Source of the DNA: a virus
Lineage: Duplodnaviria; Heunggongvirae; Uroviricota; Caudoviricetes
DNA length: 40,812 nucleotides
Reading direction: 5' to 3' (one strand)
Virus record (IMG/VR): IMGVR_UViG_2541047766_000005
Shown piece by piece: positions 8,907 through 17,699 of the stretch. Position 1 is the stretch's first letter, and the number at the start of each line of letters is the position of its first letter. The notes below the pieces were generated by a model. That model did no database searches and was not told where the DNA came from. It saw only the letters and a list, made by a program, of their open reading frames with translations. A program made the position numbers and the translations under genes.

Positions 8907-9480
8907 CTCATGGTGGCAGGAACTAATGCATTTTTTCCTGCAAGGAATGACACTTAAACAGTTGATTCATATGCTAATCATCCTGATCATATTGATTATT
9001 GTTATGCCGGTAAGCGTAAAAGAATGGATAAACCTGCATAATCCAGAAATCCTTCCTCATTATTGGATGTATTACATCCTGTTGTTCTGCGTTAGCTATG
9101 TGCTTAACGGTGTAGTTAATTCCGCTTATCACGCTGTGACTGAAAGAATTGAGGTATCCGCTGCTCAGAAGCGCAAATCCAAAGAAGAAAAATATGTGCA
9201 AGATTTGTTTGATTCGTTAACTCTTGGAGAAAGAGCGTATTTGGCATTCGCTGTAGCCGCTAATAACCAGCTACAAACGGAAAAGGGAGCTCATGAATCA
9301 ATTTCATTGCTCAAAAAAGGCCTCCTCGTTCGAAGGCCTCCTGCTGTTGGATATCCTGATACCGACCGTTTTATTATCCCGGAAAGCTATAGACATGAGT
9401 GCTACATTAGGTTTGCCGGGAAGGCAGACAGCCTTATGGATGAACTTATCGCTCAGGATAAGCATGGCAAAAACAAGTAA
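8899..9480 (+). CDS. sieB: SieB-like superinfection exclusion membrane protein
   Basis: 193-aa ORF on the opposite strand inside the early-left operon between ral and N; two N-terminal hydrophobic helices; N-terminus MNNSWW... recalled as SieB-like. Confidence 0.6.
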   Translation: MNNSWWQELMHFFLQGMTLKQLIHMLIILIILIIVMPVSVKEWINLHNPEILPHYWMYYILLFCVSYVLNGVVNSAYHAVTERIEVSAAQKRKSKEEKYVQDLFDSLTLGERAYLAFAVAANNQLQTEKGAHESISLLKKGLLVRRPPAVGYPDTDRFIIPESYRHECYIRFAGKADSLMDELIAQDKHGKNK

Positions 9481-9496
9481 TTAGCAAATGAATTTA

Positions 9497-9769
9497 TCAT
9501 CTCGCTGTCAGTTGTTTTGATTTCCGGTAGCCTGCCGCGTAAAGAGCTACGTTTGGCAGGCAAATACTTCCACTGCGTTCATCTTCTTCCTTACAGCGAA
9601 GGCTTCCGAGTGATGCTGCTTTGTCTGCTCTGACGCAACCAGAGAGCTTTAGCGCAATCTTTCGCGCCAGTCGCTGTTCTTGCATTGCCTGTTCACGTTG
9701 AGCCTGTCTGCGTGCTCTGCGGCGATTTCTGGCGTTATCGTCAGCCAGATATGTAATGACTACTGTCAT
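9497..9769 (-). CDS. N-like transcription antiterminator (P22 gp24 type)
   Basis: 90-aa ORF with arginine-rich motif NARNRRRARRQAQ near the N-terminus and C-terminus LPNVALYAAGYRKSKQLTAR resembling P22 gp24; GGAGG SD; first gene downstream of nutL. Confidence 0.75.
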   Translation of the reverse strand: MTVVITYLADDNARNRRRARRQAQREQAMQEQRLARKIALKLSGCVRADKAASLGSLRCKEEDERSGSICLPNVALYAAGYRKSKQLTAR

Positions 9770-9877
9770 GTTGACCTCCGATGATTGACTTTGGCGGTGA
9801 CGCGCCGGGTGCTTATCTTCCGGTTGCCGTCGTGCAGCTGCACTTCACGTCACCCCAAAGCCAACTACTCTTTGGTT

Positions 9878-9917
9878 CCCGCATTTCGGCGGGACAATCC
9901 CATCAATGTTAAAGAGC
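9878..9917 (-). promoter_or_regulatory. nutL (boxA GCTCTTTAA and boxB hairpin CCCGCCGAAATGCGGG)
   Basis: On the leftward transcript, boxA-like GCTCTTTAACA then a 5-bp-stem hairpin; the same boxA and an identical boxB occur at 11547-11589 downstream of cro. Confidence 0.7.
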
Positions 9918-9965
9918 CTGCCAATCTGTTCCGTTTGGCTACCAGCGTCCTGCTGATGGCTAAAG

Positions 9966-10050
9966 AATACTGTAGGTATTTTATTGTGTAAATACCCAAG
10001 GTATTTATTTTTGGTGAGATAATGATAAGCAAATGAATACAAAGGATATT
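9966..10050 (-). promoter_or_regulatory. OL operators and pL region
   Basis: Three 15-bp sites AATACTGTAGGTATT (9966-9980), AATACCCAAGGTATT (9991-10005), AATACAAAGGATATT (10036-10050) sharing AATAC-N5-GTATT dyad symmetry with the OR sites. Confidence 0.65.
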
Positions 10051-10136
10051 TATTTTTTCGGTGTCTGCTTGTTCAGTGCTTTTTATGCGGGATATGTGAA
10101 GTGGATCCCGATAGCTATTGCTGCCGGGATTATGGG

Positions 10137-10505
10137 TTAGTCAGCGAAGGTTAAGACGAGAATTACCTTAATGATGTCTGCTACAACAGACACGGCCATA
10201 GATAAACCAAAGACAATCCAAGCCATAGAGATGTCTTCACTACCATCGTATAGAGTTCCGTAATCACTGGTGTAAGGCGTAAATGTCGCGCCTTGATACA
10301 ATAGGTATAAGCTTGATCCATAGAGGATAAATGCAGATATTCCTTGTATTGCCATGATCACCAGAATCATGAAACGAGCTGATCTATGCGCCCAAGCCTG
10401 GCTTATTTTTTCTGATAGAGATTTCGCAATAAAAGCATGCGCTAAGCCGTAAATTGTCGAGATTGCCAACATCCCAAAAAAGCTTGCTATAGCGGTTCCA
10501 ACCAT
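10137..10505 (-). CDS. Multi-pass membrane protein encoded immediately downstream of cI (rex-position gene)
   Basis: ORF with three predicted hydrophobic helices; probable ATG start at 10505 with AAGGGG SD (track ORF starts at TTG 10526 overlapping the cI stop). Confidence 0.6.
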   Translation of the reverse strand: MVGTAIASFFGMLAISTIYGLAHAFIAKSLSEKISQAWAHRSARFMILVIMAIQGISAFILYGSSLYLLYQGATFTPYTSDYGTLYDGSEDISMAWIVFGLSMAVSVVADIIKVILVLTFAD

Positions 10506-10522
10506 AAGCGCCCCTTGCGTGA

Positions 10523-11239
10523 TCAAACCAGCCTTAGTTTTGTCTCAATTGCAACGCCTATAATCTTGCAGTTTCCATTGATTGGCACGAGAGGCCATGC
10601 AGGGTTAAGTCCCTTGAGGTATTTATTTCCGCCGTCGATTATCAGCTTCTTGAATGTTGCTTCGTTAGAGTCAGAAAGTTTTGCTATGACCAAGCTGCCG
10701 TTGATCGCCTCCCTTCCGGTATCGAAAAGAACGAATGTTCCCTCTGGAATGCTTAACCCAACCGGTGCCGTCATTGAATCACCTTCCACTTTAAGCCAAA
10801 ACGCATTACCTTGAATATGCGCGTCAGACTCAAGCCAAACATCTATGTCTTTAATGGTGTATGGTTCGCATGCTTCACACCACGAGCCAGCCTGGATACT
10901 GCTTAACACCGGATACCTCTTTCCTGCTCTGTATTCCCCTGCATACCTTACGTTGGCATCGCTCTTAAGGCTTTCTGCCTGTTCTGCAACCTTGGCAGCA
11001 ATTGACTGGCTAAAATCAGCAATTGAGACTTGCAACAGTCGTGCAAAACCAGATGCAACCTCAACGTTTAGCGCGTTTCTGCCATTAAGATAATGCCCTA
11101 CCGCTCCTTGGGTGATACCCAGTTCATCAGCGATTGAGTATTGGGTTATTCCCAATTCTTTCTTTTTTGACTCATACAAAGCCTTAAGCCGCTTAGCGTC
11201 TTCGAGCTGTTCTGTCGTCAGTGATTTTTTATTTTCCAT
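10523..11239 (-). CDS. cI: CI-type prophage repressor (HTH N-terminal domain, LexA/S24-like C-terminal autocleavage domain)
   Basis: 238-aa ORF with lambda-CI-like architecture (QYSIADELGITQGAVGHYLNG helix-turn-helix; C-terminal VEGDSM...FKKL motif); divergent from cro across the operator region. Confidence 0.9.
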   Translation of the reverse strand: MENKKSLTTEQLEDAKRLKALYESKKKELGITQYSIADELGITQGAVGHYLNGRNALNVEVASGFARLLQVSIADFSQSIAAKVAEQAESLKSDANVRYAGEYRAGKRYPVLSSIQAGSWCEACEPYTIKDIDVWLESDAHIQGNAFWLKVEGDSMTAPVGLSIPEGTFVLFDTGREAINGSLVIAKLSDSNEATFKKLIIDGGNKYLKGLNPAWPLVPINGNCKIIGVAIETKLRLV

Positions 11240-11250
11240 AGCTTAATTCT

Positions 11251-11314
11251 AATAGCTAAGGTACTTAAACTAAAAATACCCTGAGTATTGATTGCTTTGA
11301 ATACCTGTAGTATT
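11251..11314. promoter_or_regulatory. OR operators with divergent pRM/pR
   Basis: Three 15-bp sites AATAGCTAAGGTACT (11251-11265), AATACCCTGAGTATT (11275-11289), AATACCTGTAGTATT (11300-11314), centres 24-25 bp apart, between cI and cro. Confidence 0.7.
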
Positions 11315-11345
11315 CTTTGTTCATGGTTAATAACGGAGAGTGCAT

Positions 11346-11540
11346 ATGATTCGAATGACACTTGCCGATTACGCCAAAATCCATGGACAGGCTAAAGCAG
11401 CCAGTGACTTTGGTGTAATCCAGTGCGCTATCAGCAAGGCCATTCTGGCAGGCCGTAACATTATGGTTACGGTAAAGCCTGATGGCAGTGTGATTGGAGA
11501 GGAAGTTCGTCCTTTCCCAAGCAACAAGAAAAACAAATAG
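11346..11540 (+). CDS. cro: Cro repressor
   Basis: [36 protein letters not shown]... resembles lambda Cro; GGAGAG SD 5 nt upstream of ATG 11346 (track ORF begins at GTG 11340). Confidence 0.85.
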   Translation: MIRMTLADYAKIHGQAKAASDFGVIQCAISKAILAGRNIMVTVKPDGSVIGEEVRPFPSNKKNK

Positions 11541-11546
11541 TAACAC

Positions 11547-11589
11547 CGCTCTTTAACAGTCATGGTCCTCATTCCCGCCGAAATGCGGG
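11547..11589 (+). promoter_or_regulatory. nutR (boxA CGCTCTTTAA, boxB CCCGCCGAAATGCGGG)
   Basis: boxA 11547-11556 and hairpin 11574-11589 just downstream of cro; boxB identical to nutL. Confidence 0.7.
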
Positions 11590-11648
11590 AATACAACGCG
11601 CATCAGTTGGTGCGTATAACTTCTTATTTGTTAAGGAAATACTTACAT

Positions 11649-11927
11649 ATGCAACTTACAAGTACTCGCAAGAAAGCGAATGCAATTACAAGCAACATCC
11701 TGAATCGAATTGCTGTACGTGGTCAGCGAAAGGTTGCTGATGCATTAGGGATTAATGAATCGCAAATTTCGCGATGGAAAGACAGCTTTATCCCAAAGAT
11801 GGCCATGCTTCTGGCTGTGCTGGAGTGGGGTGTTGAAGACGAGGAATTGGCGGAACTGGCAAAGAAAGTAGCCAAGGTGCTGACAAAAGAAAAGCCTCAA
11901 GACTGCTGCAACAGTTTTGAGGCCTGA
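11649..11927 (+). CDS. cII: CII transcriptional activator
   Basis: 92-aa ORF from internal ATG; ...ALGINESQISRWKDSFIPKMAMLLAVLEWGV... closely resembles lambda CII; upstream track extension overlaps nutR and is rejected. Confidence 0.85.
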   Translation: MQLTSTRKKANAITSNILNRIAVRGQRKVADALGINESQISRWKDSFIPKMAMLLAVLEWGVEDEELAELAKKVAKVLTKEKPQDCCNSFEA

Positions 11928-11961
11928 TGTAGAAAGACTGGATCAATCCACAGGAGTAATT

Positions 11962-12123
11962 ATGACAAAACGTCGTAAGAAATACCAGGAAAAAGAAGAG
12001 ATTCGACACCCTGATTCACCTGAGGGATTAGTGGTAGCCGCAGCAAATAACAGGGCGTTCGCAGAGCGCCTTGTTGGTGTTTACAGACTAGCCAAAGCAG
12101 GAGTGAAACATGGGCGTCGTTAA
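11962..12123 (+). CDS. Small basic hypothetical protein between cII and O
   Basis: 53-aa ORF from ATG 11962 with AGGAG SD; track ORF starts earlier at 11917. Confidence 0.4.
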   Translation: MTKRRKKYQEKEEIRHPDSPEGLVVAAANNRAFAERLVGVYRLAKAGVKHGRR

Positions 12124-12931
12124 GTTAGCTGATTACAGGCCTCAACTGGAGGTCGTGGAGCATCGCTTGGCAGATACCGAAGATGGTTTCATGCGCGTTG
12201 CTAACGAGATTACCGACAGTCTGCTGATGGCTGATTTAACCGTCCGGCAGTTGAAGGTGATGCTCGCTATCATGCGCAAGACATACGGATTCAATAAGCC
12301 GATGGATCGACTCACAAACACGCAGATAGCAGCCATGACAGGTATTCATCACACTCATGTTTGCGCTGCCAAGCGCCAGCTTATTGAGCGTAAATTCCTC
12401 ATTGCTGATGGCGTGAAAATCGGAGTGAACAAGGTGGTTTCTCAGTGGATTAGCCAGGACAGCTTAAAATTAGCTAAAACAGCTAATAAAACATTAGCTA
12501 AGTCGGCTAATGGGTATAAGCCAAGTCAGCTAAACACAAAAGACAATATACAAAAGACAATAAATACAAATACCCCCTTACCCCCTAACGGGGGCGGCGA
12601 TGGGCAGGTTAAACCTGAACGTCGCAAGGCAGAACGAATCGACTACGAATCCTTCCTGAACGCCTACAACACCGAAGTCGGTGACAGACTTCCACATGCT
12701 GTTGCGGTCAACGAGAAACGCAAACGCCGCCTGAAGAAAATCATCCCGCAACTGAAAACGCCAAACGTGGACGGTTTCAGAGCGTATGTCAGGGCGTTTG
12801 TGCATCAGGCCAAGCCGTTTTACTTCGGAGACAACGACACGGGCTGGACGGCCGATTTTGATTACCTGCTGAGAGAAGATTCGTTAACGGGAGTTCGTGA
12901 AGGGAAGTTTGCAGACAGGGGGATTGCATGA
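12110..12931 (+). CDS. Replication initiator (O-like replisome organiser)
   Basis: 273-aa ORF in the lambda O position with AGGAG SD; contains internal iteron/AT-rich ori-like segment. Confidence 0.75.
   Translation: MGVVKLADYRPQLEVVEHRLADTEDGFMRVANEITDSLLMADLTVRQLKVMLAIMRKTYGFNKPMDRLTNTQIAAMTGIHHTHVCAAKRQLIERKFLIADGVKIGVNKVVSQWISQDSLKLAKTANKTLAKSANGYKPSQLNTKDNIQKTINTNTPLPPNGGGDGQVKPERRKAERIDYESFLNAYNTEVGDRLPHAVAVNEKRKRRLKKIIPQLKTPNVDGFRAYVRAFVHQAKPFYFGDNDTGWTADFDYLLREDSLTGVREGKFADRGIA
12460..12565. repeat. Putative replication origin inside the O-like gene: AGCTAA iterons plus AT-rich tandem repeat
   Basis: AGCTAA/GGCTAA repeated at 12472, 12481, 12496, 12505, 12528; CAAAAGACAATA direct repeat at 12537-12548 and 12551-12562. 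Confidence 0.5.
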
Positions 12932-14304
12932 GGCAGGATATCGAAGCGAGCGTTATCGGTGGCCTGCTGATTGGTGGATTAACTCCAACCGCCAGTGACG
13001 TTCTGGCAATGCTGGAGCCGGAAGCGTTTTCAATTCCGCTCTACCGGAAAGCCTTCGAAGTTATCCGGAAGCAGGCGAGAAACAGAAACCTAATCGACGC
13101 GCTGATGGTTGCCGAGGCGTGCGGAGAGGAGAATTTCACGTCAATCCTGATGACCAGCAAAAACTGTCCGAGTGCCGCAAACCTGAAGGGATATGCCGGA
13201 ATGGTCGCGGATAACTATCACCGCCGTCTGGTGCTGGAAATCATGGATGAAATGCGCGAACCAATTCAGAGCGGAACCATCGACGCATCGAGTCAGGCGA
13301 TGGATGAGCTTGTAAATCGTCTTTCAGCCATCAGAAAACCCCGTGACGAGGTTAAACCTGTACGGTTAGGGGAAATCATCACCGACTACACTGACACGCT
13401 TGACAGGCGTCTGAGGAACGGAGAAGAGTCAGATACCCTGAAGACCGGAATCGAAGAACTTGATGCCATCACCGGAGGGATGAACGCGGAAGACCTGGTG
13501 ATAATCGCTGCTCGTCCTGGTATGGGTAAAACCGAACTGGCGCTGAAGATTGCCGAAGGCGTTGCAAGCCGCGTTATTCCCGGTTCTGACGTCCGGCGCG
13601 GAGTGTTGATTTTCTCGATGGAAATGAGCGCATTGCAGATTGCAGAGCGAAGCATTGCCAACGCCGGGAGGATGTCGGTTAGCGTGCTGCGAAACCCTGC
13701 ATCGATGGATGACGAAGGCTGGGCGCGTGTTGCTAACGGCATGAGTCAGCTTGCAGATTTGGATGTATGGGTAGTCGATGCCTCGCGGTTATCGGTCGAA
13801 GAAATTCGCTCAATCGCAGAACGGCACAAACAGGAAAATCCAAACCTGTCACTCATCATGGCGGATTATCTTGGCCTGATTGAGAAGCCGAAAGCAGATC
13901 GCAACGACCTCGCAATTGCTCACATCTCCGGAAGTCTAAAAGCGATGGCGAAAGACCTGAAAACGCCTGTTATCTCCCTAAGTCAGCTTTCGCGCGATGT
14001 TGAGAAGCGACCAAACAAACGCCCGACAAACGCAGATTTGCGTGATTCTGGAAGCATTGAACAGGACGCAGACTCAATCATCATGCTCTATCGGGAAGCG
14101 GTATATGACGAGAACAGTAGCGCCGCGCCATTTGCTGAAATCATTGTGACGAAAAACCGTTTTGGCTCGCTTGGTACGGTTTACCAGCGGTTCTGCAACG
14201 GACACTTTGTTGCATGTGACCAGGACGAAGCCAGACAGATTTGCACAGCATCAAATGCACCTGCTGCGCGTGGCAGACGATATGCACAAGGGGCTGACGT
14301 ATGA
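12928..14304 (+). CDS. DnaB-like replicative helicase
   Basis: 458-aa ORF with Walker A ([10 protein letters not shown]) and DnaB-family C-terminal domain; follows the O-like gene with 4-nt overlap. Confidence 0.85.
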   Translation: MRQDIEASVIGGLLIGGLTPTASDVLAMLEPEAFSIPLYRKAFEVIRKQARNRNLIDALMVAEACGEENFTSILMTSKNCPSAANLKGYAGMVADNYHRRLVLEIMDEMREPIQSGTIDASSQAMDELVNRLSAIRKPRDEVKPVRLGEIITDYTDTLDRRLRNGEESDTLKTGIEELDAITGGMNAEDLVIIAARPGMGKTELALKIAEGVASRVIPGSDVRRGVLIFSMEMSALQIAERSIANAGRMSVSVLRNPASMDDEGWARVANGMSQLADLDVWVVDASRLSVEEIRSIAERHKQENPNLSLIMADYLGLIEKPKADRNDLAIAHISGSLKAMAKDLKTPVISLSQLSRDVEKRPNKRPTNADLRDSGSIEQDADSIIMLYREAVYDENSSAAPFAEIIVTKNRFGSLGTVYQRFCNGHFVACDQDEARQICTASNAPAARGRRYAQGADV

Positions 14305-14330
14305 CCATCTACATCACTGAGCTAATAACA

Positions 14331-14359
14331 GGGGCTATTTACACAGTAGCCCTTTTTTA
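14331..14359 (+). terminator. Intrinsic terminator after the replication genes (tR2-like position)
   Basis: GGGCTA-TTTACACAG-TAGCCC hairpin followed by TTTTTT. Confidence 0.6.
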
Positions 14360-14387
14360 TTGGATTAAGAGCGAGGGGTAAGTACCG

Positions 14388-14570
14388 ATGGTAAATGCAT
14401 TTATTTGTAGTTTATTTCTTGTCGCGATTTTTCATGGATTCCTTCTGATGATGAGTTTTGTTCTCTGGAATAATGGATATCGCATATTGGGAGTAGGTTT
14501 TGTTTTACGGTTTTCAGTCCTCTGCGCGTTGCTACCGATAATTATGGCGACTATCAAATATTATTGGTGA
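14388..14570 (+). CDS. Small hydrophobic membrane peptide (AT-rich moron candidate)
   Basis: 60-aa ORF, two predicted transmembrane segments, GAGGGG SD 9 nt upstream, markedly AT-rich relative to flanks. Confidence 0.4.
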   Translation: MVNAFICSLFLVAIFHGFLLMMSFVLWNNGYRILGVGFVLRFSVLCALLPIIMATIKYYW

Positions 14571-14585
14571 CCCAAAAAATCATCG

Positions 14586-14936
14586 ATGGAGAGTGATATG
14601 GACGAATCAAGAAAGCAGTTTGAAAAAAGTTGGTTGCGACGTGGAGGCGAATCTTCAGACCTTATCCGTTACCCTGAAAATCACCATGAAATTGGCAGCG
14701 GTAATATTGGTGGTCAATACGTGATGAACGATGTTCAAGGCCACTGGCAAACGTGGCAGGCATCGCGAGCAGCTTTTGAACTGGATATCGACTGGCCCGA
14801 ATCGAATGACGACTTTTGGAAAGATGGTGAAGAAGGTGCTTATGCGATGGGTTATGAGGATGGGCGTGACAAAACGATAATTGCAGTAATGAAAGCTATC
14901 AGAGCCGCTGGAATTAAAGAGAAGAATTTTCGATGA
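14586..14936 (+). CDS. Hypothetical nin-region protein
   Basis: 116-aa ORF with GGAGAG SD (alternative start 14598); precedes ninB with overlap. Confidence 0.55.
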   Translation: MESDMDESRKQFEKSWLRRGGESSDLIRYPENHHEIGSGNIGGQYVMNDVQGHWQTWQASRAAFELDIDWPESNDDFWKDGEEGAYAMGYEDGRDKTIIAVMKAIRAAGIKEKNFR

Positions 14937-15343
14937 AGCAAACAATCTTCCTCCGAACTAAGCAACAACAGCAAGCTGCAATAAATGCCATCCTCGCAAC
15001 ACCACTCGATAAAGACAAGCCAGTCACCATCCGCATTACTGACTACAAGCGCAACCTTGACCAGAACGCAAAATTTCACGCGATGGTCGCAGATATCGCT
15101 CGTCAGGTTCAATGGTGCGGCAAATGGTTAAAACCGGAACAATGGAAGGTTTTGTTGATTAGCGGTCATGCAGTGGCAACAAACCTGGAAACTGATGTTT
15201 TGCCCGGGCTTGAAGGCGAATACGTCAACATTCGCGAAAGCAGCGCGCAGATGAGCGTGAAGCGCATGGCAAGTCTGATCGAGTACACAACAGCCTGGGC
15301 TATTGGTCAGGGTGTCAGATTTACCGACAGGAGGTACGAATGA
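14933..15343 (+). CDS. ninB: NinB (Orf-family recombination mediator)
   Basis: 136-aa ORF; ...[27 protein letters not shown]... resembles lambda NinB. Confidence 0.8.
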   Translation: MKQTIFLRTKQQQQAAINAILATPLDKDKPVTIRITDYKRNLDQNAKFHAMVADIARQVQWCGKWLKPEQWKVLLISGHAVATNLETDVLPGLEGEYVNIRESSAQMSVKRMASLIEYTTAWAIGQGVRFTDRRYE

Positions 15344-15516
15344 GACGACAGCGACGAAGTTTCACCGACATCATCTGCGAAAACTGCAAATACCTTCCAA
15401 CGAAGCGCTCCAGAAACAAACGCAAGCCAATCCCAAAAGAATCTGACGTAAAAACCTTCAATTACACAGCTCACCTGTGGGATATCCGGTGGCTAAGACA
15501 TCGTGCGAGGAAATGA
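15340..15516 (+). CDS. ninE: NinE
   Basis: 58-aa ORF not in the supplied track (below its length cutoff); [22 protein letters not shown]...[12 protein letters not shown] matches lambda NinE; ATGA overlap with ninB. Confidence 0.75.
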   Translation: MRRQRRSFTDIICENCKYLPTKRSRNKRKPIPKESDVKTFNYTAHLWDIRWLRHRARK

Positions 15517-15878
15517 CAATGGATTATTCACAGTTAAGTGATTTTGAAATTAACAAGCGAGTGGCAATTTGCTGTGGATTTGCTCCCGAAGATTGCGAAA
15601 TCGCAAAGTTGGGAACATCAATCGTTGGTGTTGAGTGGGATGACGAAACTGGTTATGCAATAAAAACGGTTGATTACTGTAAAAGCCCATCAGACGCAGA
15701 GCCGATTATCGTAGAGAACAGAATTGGAATTATTCCAGCACCAGAAAATGGATTATGGAAGGCAGCGCATAGAAAAGTTGGCGGTGATAGTACCCCATAT
15801 CATATGACTCAAGATGAAAACCCACTCCGCGCTGCCATGATTGTCTTTCTCATGATGCAGGACGCCAATAATGCTTAG
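15513..15878 (+). CDS. NinX-like protein (DUF2591-type)
   Basis: 121-aa ORF from ATG 15513 overlapping the ninE stop; track ORF extends to 15477. Confidence 0.55.
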   Translation: MTMDYSQLSDFEINKRVAICCGFAPEDCEIAKLGTSIVGVEWDDETGYAIKTVDYCKSPSDAEPIIVENRIGIIPAPENGLWKAAHRKVGGDSTPYHMTQDENPLRAAMIVFLMMQDANNA

Positions 15879-16047
15879 CCCATCCCAATCCATTCAATAC
15901 CAGAAAGAAAGCGTCGAGCGAGCTTTAACGTGCGCTAACTGCGGTCAGAAGCTGCATGTGCTGGAAGTTCACGTGTGTGAGCACTGCTGCGCAGAACTGA
16001 TGAGCGATCCGAATAGCTCAATGTACGAGGAAGAAGACGATGAGTGA
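15871..16047 (+). CDS. ninF: NinF
   Basis: 58-aa ORF not in the supplied track (below its length cutoff); [58 protein letters not shown] matches lambda NinF. Confidence 0.75.
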   Translation: MLSPSQSIQYQKESVERALTCANCGQKLHVLEVHVCEHCCAELMSDPNSSMYEEEDDE

Positions 16048-16252
16048 TTACCTGAAATGGTATCTCTGCCACCGCTGGTTAATTAAGTTTGCTGTAAAAG
16101 ACTGGATGACAGCGGATGCCAACAAGCTTAAGCAAAGAAAAGACTATTACTACGCCAGAATGAAGGAAAACTACTGCTCAATTCGCACTCGCATATTTAT
16201 TAAAAAAGACCTTCAGTCAATTCTTCAATTGCGAGGGAAGGTAAATGGCTAA
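16040..16252 (+). CDS. Hypothetical nin-region protein
   Basis: 70-aa ORF overlapping the ninF stop and the next gene's start. Confidence 0.5.
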   Translation: MSDYLKWYLCHRWLIKFAVKDWMTADANKLKQRKDYYYARMKENYCSIRTRIFIKKDLQSILQLRGKVNG

Positions 16253-16535
16253 CCTACGCAAAGAAGCGCGCGGCAGAGAATGCCAGGTACGTATTTACGG
16301 CGTATGCAATGGCAATCCTGAAACTACAGTTCTGGCACATTACCGGATGGCTGGAATTTGCGGAACGGGAATGAAGCCTGACGACCTGATCGGCGCATGG
16401 GCTTGTAGCGCGTGTCACGATGAAATCGACCGACGCACCCATAATCTCGACAACAAAGACGCCAGACTTTACCACCTCGAAGGCGTGATCAGGACGCAGG
16501 CGATACTGCTGAAGGAGGGGAAGATTAAGTCATGA
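16245..16535 (+). CDS. YbcO-like DUF1364 protein (putative nuclease, Cys-rich)
   Basis: 96-aa ORF MANLRKEARGRECQVRIYGVCNGNPETTVLAHYR...CSACHDEIDRR resembling E. coli DLP12 YbcO. Confidence 0.7.
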   Translation: MANLRKEARGRECQVRIYGVCNGNPETTVLAHYRMAGICGTGMKPDDLIGAWACSACHDEIDRRTHNLDNKDARLYHLEGVIRTQAILLKEGKIKS

Positions 16536-16894
16536 ACGAATATCAGTTTGTGCTCCCATACCCGCCGTCGGTGAATACCTACTGGCGAAGACGGGGAAGC
16601 CAATATTACATAAGCGACAAAGGCCAGAAATACCGAAAAGACGTTCAGCAAATCATCCGCCAACTCAAGTTAGACATTTTCACCAAATCACGACTCCGTA
16701 TCAAAGTCATCGCAGACGTTCCGGACTCCCGCCGTCGCGACCTCGACAACATCCTGAAAGGTTTACTCGACTCCCTTATCCACGCCGGATTTGCGGAAGA
16801 CGACGAGCAATTCGATGACATTCGCGTAATTCGTGGCGTGAAAGTACCAGGCGGAAGGCTTGGAATAAAAATCACCGAACTGGAGAACGCATGA
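16532..16894 (+). CDS. rusA: RusA Holliday-junction resolvase
   Basis: 120-aa ORF with RusA signature (...DVPDSRRRDLDNILKGLLDSL...GGRLGIKITE). Confidence 0.85.
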   Translation: MNEYQFVLPYPPSVNTYWRRRGSQYYISDKGQKYRKDVQQIIRQLKLDIFTKSRLRIKVIADVPDSRRRDLDNILKGLLDSLIHAGFAEDDEQFDDIRVIRGVKVPGGRLGIKITELENA

Positions 16895-17079
16895 ACGCCA
16901 CAATTCAAACGATACCAGAGCTTCTTATCCAGACACGAGGCAATCAGACCGAAGTGGCAAGGATGCTTTCCTGCGCAAGAGGAACAGTGCTCAAGTACAA
17001 CCGAGACAGCAAAGGCGAGCGTCACGTAATAGTTAACGGCGTCCTGATGGTCAAACAGGGCAAAAGGGGAAGGCCATGA
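16891..17079 (+). CDS. ninH: NinH
   Basis: 62-aa ORF; ...GNQTEVARMLSCARGTVLKY... resembles lambda NinH. Confidence 0.75.
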   Translation: MNATIQTIPELLIQTRGNQTEVARMLSCARGTVLKYNRDSKGERHVIVNGVLMVKQGKRGRP

Positions 17080-17699
17080 GACTCGAAAGCGTAGCTAAAT
17101 TTCATTCGCCAAAAAGCCCAATGATGAGTGACTCACCACGGGCTACGGCTTCTGACTCTCTTTCCGGTACTGATGTGATGGCTGCTATGGGGATGGCGCA
17201 ATCACAAGCCGGATTCGGTATGGCTGCATTCTGCGGCAAGCACGAACTCAGCCAGAATGACAAACAAAAGGCTATCAACTATCTGATGCAATTTGCACAC
17301 AAGGTATCGGGGAAATATCGTGGTGTGGCAAAGCTCGAAGGAAATACTAAGGCAAAGGTACTGCAAGTGCTCGCAACATTCGCTTATGCGGATTATTGCC
17401 GTAGTGCCGCGACGCCGGGCGCAAGATGCAGAGATTGCCACGGTACAGGCCGTGCGGTTGATATTGCCAAAACAGAGCAGTGGGGGAGAGTTGTTGAGAA
17501 AGAGTGTGGAAGATGCAAAGGCGTCGGCTATTCAAGGATGCCAGCAAGCGCCGCATATCGCGCTGTAACGATGCTAATCCCCAACCTTACCCAACCCACA
17601 TGGTCACGCACTGTTAAGCCGCTGTATGACGCTCTGGTGGTGCAATGCCACAAAGAAGAGTCAATCGCAGACAACATTTTGAATGCGGTCACACGTTAG
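17076..17699 (+). CDS. Q: Late-gene antiterminator Q (lambda type)
   Basis: 207-aa ORF matching lambda Q essentially throughout (MRLESVAKFHSPKSPMMSDSPRATASD...). Confidence 0.93.
   Translation: MRLESVAKFHSPKSPMMSDSPRATASDSLSGTDVMAAMGMAQSQAGFGMAAFCGKHELSQNDKQKAINYLMQFAHKVSGKYRGVAKLEGNTKAKVLQVLATFAYADYCRSAATPGARCRDCHGTGRAVDIAKTEQWGRVVEKECGRCKGVGYSRMPASAAYRAVTMLIPNLTQPTWSRTVKPLYDALVVQCHKEESIADNILNAVTR

Noticed and set aside
10033-10140. 35-aa plus-strand hydrophobic mini-ORF next to OL
   Set aside because: Overlaps an operator site, faces away from pL and has no ribosome-binding site; probably chance.
11562-11648. Upstream extension of the cII reading frame
   Set aside because: It overlaps the nutR boxB hairpin, and CII homology begins at the internal ATG 11649.
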